From positions 50,262-70,778 of the forward strand of contig JBBDTI010000079.1 of NCBI GenBank assembly GCA_040904565.1: a stretch of DNA of 20,517 nt, written 5' to 3'. Origin of the DNA: Rhodothermales bacterium. Lineage in GTDB: Bacteria; Bacteroidota; Rhodothermia; Rhodothermales; VXPQ01. Both the position numbers and the translations under genes were made by a program. Positions 12,024-20,236 of the stretch are shown here, piece by piece; positions within the stretch are counted from its first letter, which is position 1, and every line of letters starts with the position of its first letter. Under the pieces are notes generated by a model. It searched no databases. It was not told the DNA's origin and saw nothing but the letters and a program-made list of their open reading frames with translations.

Positions 12024-14963
12024 TTAGAAGGGCAGGGTCGTTCGGATCCGGTAGTAGACCTCGTAGTGTCGTTTGCTTCCCAGATGGACCGAAGGTTGTG
12101 CCGCACCTAGCGCGTGCGAAATTCGAATCCTGTTCCCCAGCTGGAGGGCGTTCTTGAGTTCGAGCCCGACCCCGAGACGCTGAACGGGCCTTGTGCGTGC
12201 GTCCCGATTCCATACGATTCCGGCGTCGGCGAACAGGGCACCCGCCAGGCTGCCGAGTGACGCGACGCCGAGCAGAGATGTTTCGAGGCTGGATGCCAGG
12301 GGAATGCGATACGCTGCCGAGCCAAAGAGCAACCCGTCTCCGAGCGCATACGCGCGGAAGCCTCGGACGCGTTCCGAATCGCCGAGGAGCAGCGGCACGT
12401 CCGATGGCAGCGGCAGTCGTACCGCATCGTGGCGTGAAAGTCCGACGTAATTCTGGCTGAATGGTGCGCCTGTCTGCAGTTGCGCGCGCCCGTACACGAA
12501 AAGGCGATGGCGTCCAACGGCCGGGAAGACGCCGTACGCGGAAACATCCCCCCGAACAAATTCCGTGTCGGTACCCAGCACGCGGGCTGCGGCGCTTACC
12601 TGCAGGCGGACTCCGAGTCCGTCGAGCGGATGAATCACGTTGTTCCAGTAGGGTTGCTGTTTCCGCCACGTGAGTGAGACGCGCACGTCGGCCTGCTGGC
12701 CTTCTTCCGGGGCGGGTACGGCGGTGGATTCAAACGAATCCGGCGTCAACGCTTCTACGTCGACGACGCGAAGTCGTACCGACATCGTATGGGACGAATA
12801 CGGATGATCGAACCAGTCCAGCGGCCACGCCATCGTGATGTCGCCTCCTCCGTGCGCTTCAACGAGGAGGTCGTCCCCGTACATCCGTGCCGCGCCGGGG
12901 AGGTGATACGCATTGAGGCTCAGTGTGGGGAACCACTGGTTGTTGACGTAGGAGGCGAGTGCATAGGTATTTCCGATCGGATCGCGAAACGAGATACTTC
13001 CACCGGCCACGATTGCATGTTTGCCCAACGGTTCGATCCACGACGTCAGTCCAGCAATGCCCCAGTCGACCCCCGATTGGCCGCCCCCGGCCACCTGGGC
13101 GTAAGGAAGCGCCAGAGACATCACGTGGCGGAGATTGCGCGCCGGCGCATATCGGAATCGCTGCGCGATCAGGTCTTCGTCCGGCACCACGCTTTCGGGG
13201 ATGGTTGTGGGCGGCCGGTGTTCGGTCCACCTGCTATACGGCACAGGAACGCGAGCATCTGATTCGGCTGCTCTGCGCGAGGCGTCGATGCGATACGCTT
13301 CATCCGACGACTTCGTGGCGGACGTGGAGACGATCAGCGAGCCGGACGGGTAGAGCGAGTCGGCGGGAAGCCAATCCATGACCGAGGACCCGGTCGCGAG
13401 ATGGGTCACGCGCTCGTGCCGATTCGTCGTGCGATCGTAGACGAAGACGTTGGGGACGTCGTCTCGAAGCGACGTATAGGCGATGCGCTTGGCATCCGGA
13501 CTGTAGATGGGATCCCTGTCGTCGTGCCGGCCGTCGGTCAGACTCGAAGGCGTGCCGCTCGCCAGGTCGAGCACGACCACGTCGCGTCGGCCGCTGTGGC
13601 CGAATCGATCGAAAAGCAATTCTTCCCCTTCAGGATGCCATCGAAGAGACGAGACCTGGACATCTCCGTCGAACCGCGTGAGGGGGCGTGTGGAGTTCGT
13701 CGCCAGGTCGTGGACGTAAATATTTTCCGTGCCGGCATCCGAGGCCGTGAACGCCAGCGCACGGCCGTCCGGCGAAAAGGCCGGCGAGCCGGCCCGGCGG
13801 TCGAACGTGATTTGCTGCCGGTTGTCGCCGTCCGCATCGACAACGTACAGGTCGCGGAGCAGGGAGCCGTACCGGCCCCGGTGGAGTCGGGCGTAGGCGA
13901 GTCGGCGGCTATCCGGGCTCCAGGCCACGGGAGAAAGTATGGTTCCTTCTGCGACGACGGATACGTCGCCCGTTCGCCGGTCGACGACCTGGAGGCGACG
14001 TACGGGCCGGCGGATCGACTCGAGTGACAGAACGGCGATGAGCGAAGTATCCGGACTGTAGCTTACGTCAAAGTAATACTCCCCGGGGAGATCGATCGGG
14101 TCCACCCGCAGCGAGTCGACATTCTCCATCCCGGAGGCGAGCGTATTGTAATAGATGTTGACGTGCCGCCGCCAGTCGTCGTAGAAGTCTCGATACGACG
14201 CCCCCGTCACCTCGAGGAACGCCGCCTCGACGTCGTGTACGCGGAGGAGGCCGAAGAGGGCCGGTCTGCGATGAGCCAGGATCTCGACCAGCGTGGAGTC
14301 GCCGTACCGGTCGGCGAGATAACGTACCTGCGCGTGTCCCACCGCATACAGCAGACGCCCATTCCATAGCGACCGGCCGTCATCGTAGGAAAGTCGGTCT
14401 TCCAGCACGGCCGTCCGGAGCCACTGATCGCCGCGCAGGGCCGTCCAGTTCTCGGTCTGATACTGTGCGATCCCTTCCGTCCAGAAACGCGGAAGCGGAT
14501 TTCCGAACAGAAAGGTCGTCCACCGCGGACGGTCGAGTACCTTTTGGTAGTGAAAGATGTGGGCGATCTCGTGCGGAATGACGGAGCGCAACCATTTTTC
14601 CGATCCCGTCTTCGTTCGTGCAAATTCCGGCACGTGCACCCATATGTTCGTATGGCCCGTTCCGAAGGGCACCGCAAAGCCGTTGACGATCTCGTCTTCG
14701 TCGGACAAAAAGATGTCGATCCGCCGGTCGAAATCCAATTCTAGATTGCTGGACAGGGCCGAATAGCCGGCTTCCGCAATAGCTGCAGCCTCGGCCTCGA
14801 TGCCGGAGAGACGCTCGGGATACACGATCCGAAAATGTGCCGTTTCGACCACCTGCCACCGGAGTTCCGGGTGATTCCTTCCCGACAGGATGCTGAACCC
14901 CTGACCCTGCACCAACCCGGGGCAACCCACGAGGGCCACGGACACGATAAGGATGCGCAGCAT
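12024..14963 (-). CDS. Exported gluzincin-type peptidase domain + PD40/TolB-like beta-propeller + Omp85/BamA-like barrel (WD40-Omp85 type)
   Basis: Signal peptide; HEIAH and FWTEGIAQY; repeats YSPD, AWSPD, PAFSPDG, LRWHPEG, PIYSPD; HPLDG, VRGF, alternating beta-strand pattern and a C-terminal Phe. Start is ATG 14963 or 14981 rather than TTG 14987. Confidence 0.8.
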   Translation of the reverse strand: MLRILIVSVALVGCPGLVQGQGFSILSGRNHPELRWQVVETAHFRIVYPERLSGIEAEAAAIAEAGYSALSSNLELDFDRRIDIFLSDEDEIVNGFAVPFGTGHTNIWVHVPEFARTKTGSEKWLRSVIPHEIAHIFHYQKVLDRPRWTTFLFGNPLPRFWTEGIAQYQTENWTALRGDQWLRTAVLEDRLSYDDGRSLWNGRLLYAVGHAQVRYLADRYGDSTLVEILAHRRPALFGLLRVHDVEAAFLEVTGASYRDFYDDWRRHVNIYYNTLASGMENVDSLRVDPIDLPGEYYFDVSYSPDTSLIAVLSLESIRRPVRRLQVVDRRTGDVSVVAEGTILSPVAWSPDSRRLAYARLHRGRYGSLLRDLYVVDADGDNRQQITFDRRAGSPAFSPDGRALAFTASDAGTENIYVHDLATNSTRPLTRFDGDVQVSSLRWHPEGEELLFDRFGHSGRRDVVVLDLASGTPSSLTDGRHDDRDPIYSPDAKRIAYTSLRDDVPNVFVYDRTTNRHERVTHLATGSSVMDWLPADSLYPSGSLIVSTSATKSSDEAYRIDASRRAAESDARVPVPYSRWTEHRPPTTIPESVVPDEDLIAQRFRYAPARNLRHVMSLALPYAQVAGGGQSGVDWGIAGLTSWIEPLGKHAIVAGGSISFRDPIGNTYALASYVNNQWFPTLSLNAYHLPGAARMYGDDLLVEAHGGGDITMAWPLDWFDHPYSSHTMSVRLRVVDVEALTPDSFESTAVPAPEEGQQADVRVSLTWRKQQPYWNNVIHPLDGLGVRLQVSAAARVLGTDTEFVRGDVSAYGVFPAVGRHRLFVYGRAQLQTGAPFSQNYVGLSRHDAVRLPLPSDVPLLLGDSERVRGFRAYALGDGLLFGSAAYRIPLASSLETSLLGVASLGSLAGALFADAGIVWNRDARTRPVQRLGVGLELKNALQLGNRIRISHALGAAQPSVHLGSKRHYEVYYRIRTTLPF

Positions 14964-15000
14964 GACACGAAAATGACACATGTTCAAAAAATGTTTAGAT

Positions 15001-15024
15001 GGTATGACAAAACAATGTCATACC
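15001..15024. promoter_or_regulatory. Perfect inverted repeat GGTATGACA-N6-TGTCATACC, putative operator
   Basis: 9-bp perfect arms in an AT-rich divergent promoter region. Confidence 0.55.
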
Positions 15025-15138
15025 CGGTTCCTACGTTGTGATCGTCGATTCGCTAGTCGTCCGCGCAACGGAACGTGCTCGTGGATTGAAACGAAAGGAA
15101 GGCATGTCGTTCACAGCATACAATAAGAGGTTGCCGTC

Positions 15139-15882
15139 ATGGTACAGGCCGTCATGGACGCCGTTTTCAAGCCGTCGGGTGAGAGGGAACGCAGCGAGGA
15201 GCCGAGGCCGCCGCGTCATCGGACCGACGTTACGCTATTCTACGATCCACCATACGAAGATGAGCTCGACGATGTAATGGCTCGGCACCTAGTGGCGTAC
15301 CTCGTGCCCGCGGCGTCGCTGACGTACAGGGCGAAAGTCTGGACGTCGGCGTCCGCCTGCGGGTTCGATTTTCTCGTCGATCTGGGGACGCGCCGCGTTG
15401 CCATTGATTATACGGATACGCCGGTTGATCTGGAGACGGCGCTCGTCGAGGATAACGACGCGCTCGCGCTCGGTACGGGGAATGTGGATGTCATACTTCG
15501 AGTGCGTCGGAGTGATCTTGAAGATCGGCTCTACGACACGCTGCATTTGCTCGCCAAATGGGAGCCGAATCTCTTTACCCCGTACGGCCAGCGGATGTTT
15601 GCGCGCAGGGCATCGGAGGAGGCGCGCTGCGCCTTTCCGGAGCCCGAGGCTGACGTGGCGGCCATCTATTACGACGGAGCGTCGGGCGGTGTGCCGGCCG
15701 TTACGATCGAAGACGTGCTTTCGGGGGAGCTCTTCGAGTGGCCCGGTGACGAAGACGGGAAGGAGTCGGTCGTGATGCGGCGGATGTGTCGGGACAATCC
15801 GGGCTACTGGCGTCAGCAGTTCGAACGTGCACGGCTCGTCTACGAGCGGGCGCCCGTACGGAGAGCGGAGAGGCAGGCGTAA
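15139..15882 (+). CDS. Hypothetical protein, possible degenerate DUF559/Vsr-like PD-(D/E)xK fold
   Basis: FYDPPYEDELD...FDFLVDLGTRRVAIDYTD...DNDALAL...VILRVRRSDL follows the DUF559 pattern (ESxxE, xDF, AIExDG, RD, vlRf). GAGG lies upstream of the ATG. Confidence 0.6.
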   Translation: MVQAVMDAVFKPSGERERSEEPRPPRHRTDVTLFYDPPYEDELDDVMARHLVAYLVPAASLTYRAKVWTSASACGFDFLVDLGTRRVAIDYTDTPVDLETALVEDNDALALGTGNVDVILRVRRSDLEDRLYDTLHLLAKWEPNLFTPYGQRMFARRASEEARCAFPEPEADVAAIYYDGASGGVPAVTIEDVLSGELFEWPGDEDGKESVVMRRMCRDNPGYWRQQFERARLVYERAPVRRAERQA

Positions 15883-15885
15883 CAC

Positions 15886-15913
15886 AAAAAGGCCGCCCCG
15901 GTTGGGGCGGCCT
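15886..15913 (-). terminator. Rho-independent terminator of amt-glnK
   Basis: AGGCCGCCCC-ggtt-GGGGCGGCCT, a 10-bp stem followed on the minus strand by a T run. It also lies right after the stop of the convergent 15139 gene. Confidence 0.8.
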
Positions 15914-15955
15914 CCGGGCCCGGTGACAGCGGCGGGGGTGTATGGTGTGATGTAA

Positions 15956-16318
15956 CTAGACCGCTTCCGGTGATACCGGGGTTACCGCAGCGGCATCTTC
16001 CTCTCCCGTGCGGATGCGGTAGACTTTGTCGACGGGGAGAACGAAGATCTTGCCGTCACCGACGTCGCCCGTTCGGGCGGCCGATAGGATGGCCTCGACG
16101 GCACGCTCCACGTACGATTCGGTCACGCCGATGTCGAGCATAATCTTATCCGTCAGCTCCATCTTGACGGTTGTGCCGCGGTACGTTTCGACCTGCTCGG
16201 TTTCACCACCGTGGCCGCGTACGCGGGTGACCGTTAGGCCCTGCACGTCGGCCTGAAAGAGGGCGATGAGCACGGCGTTGAGTTTGTCTGGACGGATGAT
16301 GGCCTTTATCAATCTCAT
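15956..16318 (-). CDS. glnK: P-II family nitrogen regulator, GlnK
   Basis: AIIRP, YRG in the T-loop, K58, ARTGDVGDGKIFV and RIRTGE; directly downstream of amt. Confidence 0.95.
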   Translation of the reverse strand: MRLIKAIIRPDKLNAVLIALFQADVQGLTVTRVRGHGGETEQVETYRGTTVKMELTDKIMLDIGVTESYVERAVEAILSAARTGDVGDGKIFVLPVDKVYRIRTGEEDAAAVTPVSPEAV

Positions 16319-16356
16319 GGTTTTTCTCGGTCTATCTGGTAGGTGGACGGGTTTGC

Positions 16357-17706
16357 TTAGCGGGAGGCGGACGTAGCCGGTGTAGCCGTCATCTCGTTGC
16401 TGAGAAGCAGCACGGCACCTTCACCGTCCGTGTAGGCTTCCTCGCCATGGTTGGAAATGTCCATCCCCAGGCCTTCCGTGGATTCGTCGGGGCGGAGCGC
16501 CATCACCAGGCTCAAACCCTTCAGGATCAGGAATGTCGAGAGACCACTGTACGCCAGCACGGCTACGATCGACACGAACTGAATCCAGAGTTGGCCGGCA
16601 TTTCCGAAAAGGAGTCCGTCCGCCGCGCCGCTCCAGGCGCTCTGCGCAAACACGCCCGTGAGCAGGGCGCCGGTCATGCCGCCGATGCCGTGTGCGGCGA
16701 ACACATCGAGCGAATCGTCGAGGCGCGTCCGCGCTCTCCACTGAATCACATAATAGCTTGGAATGGCGGCGATGGCTCCCAGTGCGAGCGACGACATGGG
16801 CGAAATGAATCCGGCGGCGGGCGTAACAGCAACGAGGCCTACCACGATGGCGGTCGCGCCACCGACGGCCGTTACTTTGCCCGTCCGCATGATTTCAATA
16901 AGCGTCCACATGGCCAGCGTAGCGGCGGGTGCCAGCATCGTATTCACGAGTGCCAGCGAGGCGATTTCGTCCGCCGCCAGCGCACTTCCGCCGTTAAAGC
17001 CGAACCATCCGAACCAGAGGAGCCCGGCGCCCAGCAGCACGAACGGTACATTGTGCGGGAGGAGGGCCTGCCTGCCGTAGTCTTTTCGAGTACCCAGGAA
17101 GAGCGCTGCCACGACAGCCGCCGCGCCTGCATTGACGTGTACGACGGCGCCGCCGGCAAAATCGAGTGCGCCCAGGTCGCCGAGCCAGCCACCACCCCAC
17201 ACCCAGTGGCATACGGGTGCATAAACCAGCAGACTCCAGAGCACCATAAACATGAGATACGCGGGGAAACGCATCCGCTCAACGACCGCGCCCGAAATGA
17301 GGGCTACCGTAATGATGAAGAACGTTCCCTGAAACGCCATGAACAGCAGGTGGGGGATCGTACCGCTCGCTTCCAGTCCGACGCCGTTCAAAAAGACCAT
17401 CGACAGGTCACCGAAAAAGCTGGAGCCTTCTCCAAAGGCCAGCGAGTAGCCGATGATCGCCCAGAGCACGCCGGCAACCCCGAGAGCCACAAAGCTCATC
17501 ATCATCGTGTTGAGTGCGTTCTTGGAACGAACGAGGCCCCCGTAGAAGAAGGCGAGCGCCGGCGTCATCAGCAAGACGAGCGCCGTGGACATCAACATCC
17601 ACGCCGTGTCGGCGCCGGAGATGCCTGATTCCGCAGCGGCATCCTGCGCGAACGCCGGCTCTGCAAGCGCTATCAAAGTGAGAGTAAACAGTAGAATGCG
17701 ACGCAT
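16357..17706 (-). CDS. amtB: Ammonium transporter Amt
   Basis: Signal peptide ending AFA-Q; FYGGLVRSKN, ISGAVVERM, DFAGGAVVH, LWFGWFGFNGGS and DDSLDVFAAHG, so both pore histidines are present. Confidence 0.96.
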   Translation of the reverse strand: MRRILLFTLTLIALAEPAFAQDAAAESGISGADTAWMLMSTALVLLMTPALAFFYGGLVRSKNALNTMMMSFVALGVAGVLWAIIGYSLAFGEGSSFFGDLSMVFLNGVGLEASGTIPHLLFMAFQGTFFIITVALISGAVVERMRFPAYLMFMVLWSLLVYAPVCHWVWGGGWLGDLGALDFAGGAVVHVNAGAAAVVAALFLGTRKDYGRQALLPHNVPFVLLGAGLLWFGWFGFNGGSALAADEIASLALVNTMLAPAATLAMWTLIEIMRTGKVTAVGGATAIVVGLVAVTPAAGFISPMSSLALGAIAAIPSYYVIQWRARTRLDDSLDVFAAHGIGGMTGALLTGVFAQSAWSGAADGLLFGNAGQLWIQFVSIVAVLAYSGLSTFLILKGLSLVMALRPDESTEGLGMDISNHGEEAYTDGEGAVLLLSNEMTATPATSASR

Positions 17707-17762
17707 GACAGATATGGGTTGGGTGATTAAGATCCTTAATAATATATCCCCTATAGGCGAAT

Positions 17763-17791
17763 ATTCTAAGGTATAACTGGCTATCTGTCAA
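17763..17791 (-). promoter_or_regulatory. Sigma70-type promoter of amt-glnK
   Basis: Minus strand TTGACA-N17-TAGAAT in an AT-rich stretch, about 56 nt upstream of the amt ATG. Confidence 0.7.
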
Positions 17792-17864
17792 AATTAGTTA
17801 AGTACTAAAAGCGCTTCCGATTGATTTTTTTCATGAATCGTCTGTCAAGGCGGGTCGTCTCTGC

Positions 17865-17909
17865 AAAGAAAAAGCCCCGCCGGGCGACGGTTCGACGTCG
17901 CGGCGGGGC
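17865..17909 (-). terminator. Rho-independent terminator after the sugar dehydrogenase gene
   Basis: GCCCCGCCG/CGGCGGGGC stem (17874-17882 and 17901-17909) with an inner CGACG/CGTCG stem, followed on the minus strand by TTTTTCTTT. Confidence 0.75.
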
Positions 17910-17958
17910 CGGTTATGTAGGCGATCGTGCTGGGCTCAGATGATTCGGTAGTCGGGGA

Positions 17959-19278
17959 TTACATGCTTCCGCCGTGTACGATGCGCCAGATGCGCCCCTG
18001 CTGGCTGTCCGTCACGTACAGTGTGCCGTCGGGTGCCTGTGCGAGTCCCATCGGCCGGTAGGTGGCGTCGCCTGGACTCTCCAGTTCCTCGGCGCCTTTA
18101 AAACCTTCGGCAAACGTTTCCCACTCGCCTACCGGCTCTCCGGTGGCATCCATCGGTACGAAGGCTACCTGATAGCCCTCCTGAGGAAGCGGAGCCCGAT
18201 TCCACGATCCATGGAACGCGATGAAGGCCCCGTGCCGGTAGCGGGCCGGGAAGTGGGTTGCCGCATAGAAGAGCAGATCGTTCGGTGCGTAGTGTCCGGG
18301 GAAGGCCACGGCGGGATCCGGTACGTCGGCGCAGCGGCCAACCTCTTCACCGTTCCCGCCGTACTCCGGCATGAGCACCTTCTCGCCCTGGATGTGGTCG
18401 TAATAGCAATACGGCCATCCGAAGTCGGCTCCATCTTCGAGCAGGAGCATCTCTTCCGCTGGAAGCTCGGCGCTTTGCTCTTCCGAGAATCGGTCGTTCC
18501 AGAGCGCATGCAGCTGGTCGCGCCCGTGCTGCACTGCGTAGACGTGATCGGCTAGGGGGTGCCACTCGAGCGCGACGGCATTGCGGATGCCCGTCGCGTA
18601 CCGGTGGCCATTCTCCTGTAGCGTCTGTCCGGGCGTGTCAGCGTCGAACTGCCAGATGCTAGCCTGCCACTCGAGTTGTGGGCACGGATCCTGTCCAGGT
18701 GAACCGGGCGTCCGTGCCTGCTCCTGGCAGGCGTTCGATGGCCCGCCCACGTTGACGTACAGATTGCCTGCTCCGTCGATCGTGATGGATTTGGCGGCAT
18801 GGGAGCCCTGATCGGGGAAGCCGCCCACGACGAGTTCGGGCTCGTTTGCCGGAACGAGCTCGTCCGACAGCATGAATCGGTAGACGGACGTGTCGGTGGA
18901 TGCGTACAGGTAGCCGTCGTGAATCAGCAGCCCCGTACCGGCTACATCGCCGAACGTGCTCATGACGTCGGCCTTTCCGTCATCGTCGGTATCACGCAGT
19001 GCCGTAATGCCGCCTTCATCCGTCAGCTGCCGATGAATGGCGTACACGTCGCCGTTGTCGCGCACGTCGATGTGCCGGAGCGTCCCGAGTGTGTCGGCAA
19101 CGACCACCGCGCAGAAGCCGTCGGGCAATGAAATGGCTCCATCGTCCGCGTCGCAGATCGAGGAATCGACGGACATATCGGCAGACTGATCAGCGGGTGG
19201 GGCGTCGCATCCTATGCCGGCAACAAGTATGGCGAGTAGGGCGACCAGCGTCTTCGGATTGAATCGATCGTTGATCAT
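17959..19278 (-). CDS. PQQ-dependent sugar / L-sorbosone dehydrogenase family beta-propeller, probable lipoprotein
   Basis: LPDGF, LYVNVG, ATGIRNAV, GADFGWPYCY, GHYAPNDLLFY, AFHGSWNR and RPMGLAQAPDGTLYVTD. Start moved to ATG 19278 (MINDRFNPKTLVALLAILVAGIG-C) because the longer ORF overlaps the AKR gene. Confidence 0.88.
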   Translation of the reverse strand: MINDRFNPKTLVALLAILVAGIGCDAPPADQSADMSVDSSICDADDGAISLPDGFCAVVVADTLGTLRHIDVRDNGDVYAIHRQLTDEGGITALRDTDDDGKADVMSTFGDVAGTGLLIHDGYLYASTDTSVYRFMLSDELVPANEPELVVGGFPDQGSHAAKSITIDGAGNLYVNVGGPSNACQEQARTPGSPGQDPCPQLEWQASIWQFDADTPGQTLQENGHRYATGIRNAVALEWHPLADHVYAVQHGRDQLHALWNDRFSEEQSAELPAEEMLLLEDGADFGWPYCYYDHIQGEKVLMPEYGGNGEEVGRCADVPDPAVAFPGHYAPNDLLFYAATHFPARYRHGAFIAFHGSWNRAPLPQEGYQVAFVPMDATGEPVGEWETFAEGFKGAEELESPGDATYRPMGLAQAPDGTLYVTDSQQGRIWRIVHGGSM

Positions 19279-19376
19279 GACGCATCTGAATCGGTGATTG
19301 TGAACGGGATTCAAGTCGATCGTGTCGTATTGCAGCACACGTAATCCAACATATCGCGGCACGACGTTTATAGCCG

Positions 19377-20186
19377 CTACCAGGCCGGTGCCCAGGAGGG
19401 TTCGACGAGGCGCATGTCGCGCGCCAGAGACGAAATGCGCTCCATGTCCTCGTCTGACAGCTCGAAATCGAAGATATCCAGGTTCTCCCTCCGATGATCG
19501 GAACTGGAAGCTTTGGGTATCGCCGCGACGTGGTCCTGCTGCACCAGCCACCGTAGTGCGACCTGGGCTGCGGACTTGCCGTATTCGGATGCCACGTCAC
19601 GAAGGACGTCGTCACGAAGGACTTTACCGCGCGCGATCGGACAGTATGCCGTCATAAGTATGTCGTTGGCCCGACAGAGCTCCAGTAGTAAATCCTGTTC
19701 GAGGTATGGATGGTATTCGACCTGGTTGCAGAAAATGGGTGCGTGCCGGAGCGCCTCCTTCATCAAGCCGGACGTGAAATTGCTCACGCCGACGTGCCTC
19801 GTCTTCCCTTCCTCCTGCAAGGCGGACATTGCGGCAAGCGTTTCCGCCAAATTCATATCCGGGCCGGGCCAGTGAATCAGCAGAAGGTCGACGTAATCCG
19901 TCTGCAGCCTGGCCAGGCTCTCTTCCGTCGTCGCGCGGACGTCCAGCGGCGCGAGGCTGTCCATCCACACCTTGGTGGTCAGAAAGACGTCGCCGCGGTC
20001 GACATCGGCCTCGCGCAGGCCCTCGCCGACCTCGTTCTCGTTTCCGTAGATCTGCGCCGTATCGATGTGGCGATATCCCATTTCGAGGGCGTCGACGACG
20101 CCGCGGCGACACGCGCCGCCGGTCAGCCGGTACGTGCCGAATCCTAGTGATGGAACGTCTACGCCGTGGATGGTCTTGCGTATCAT
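19377..20186 (-). CDS. Aldo/keto reductase (AKR5, 2,5-diketo-D-gluconate reductase-like)
   Basis: LGFGTY, GYRHIDTAQIYGNE, FLTTKVW, DLLLIHWP, GVSNF, NQVEYHP, AIPKAS and ENLDIFDFELS. The D-Y-K-H tetrad is intact. Confidence 0.95.
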   Translation of the reverse strand: MIRKTIHGVDVPSLGFGTYRLTGGACRRGVVDALEMGYRHIDTAQIYGNENEVGEGLREADVDRGDVFLTTKVWMDSLAPLDVRATTEESLARLQTDYVDLLLIHWPGPDMNLAETLAAMSALQEEGKTRHVGVSNFTSGLMKEALRHAPIFCNQVEYHPYLEQDLLLELCRANDILMTAYCPIARGKVLRDDVLRDVASEYGKSAAQVALRWLVQQDHVAAIPKASSSDHRRENLDIFDFELSDEDMERISSLARDMRLVEPSWAPAW

Positions 20187-20236
20187 GGGTGCGTGATGGT
20201 AACTCTTTGGAACGGTCAGTATACGTGCAGCCAGCT

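Noticed and set aside
13490-14065. Recurring SPD-coding words as a DNA repeat or CRISPR array
   Set aside because: They are PD40 protein repeats inside a CDS, with no identical spaced DNA repeats.
17786-17802. TGTCA-N7-TTAAG as a GlnR/TnrA box
   Set aside because: The right half has two mismatches to TNACA, and the left half is explained by the -35 hexamer.
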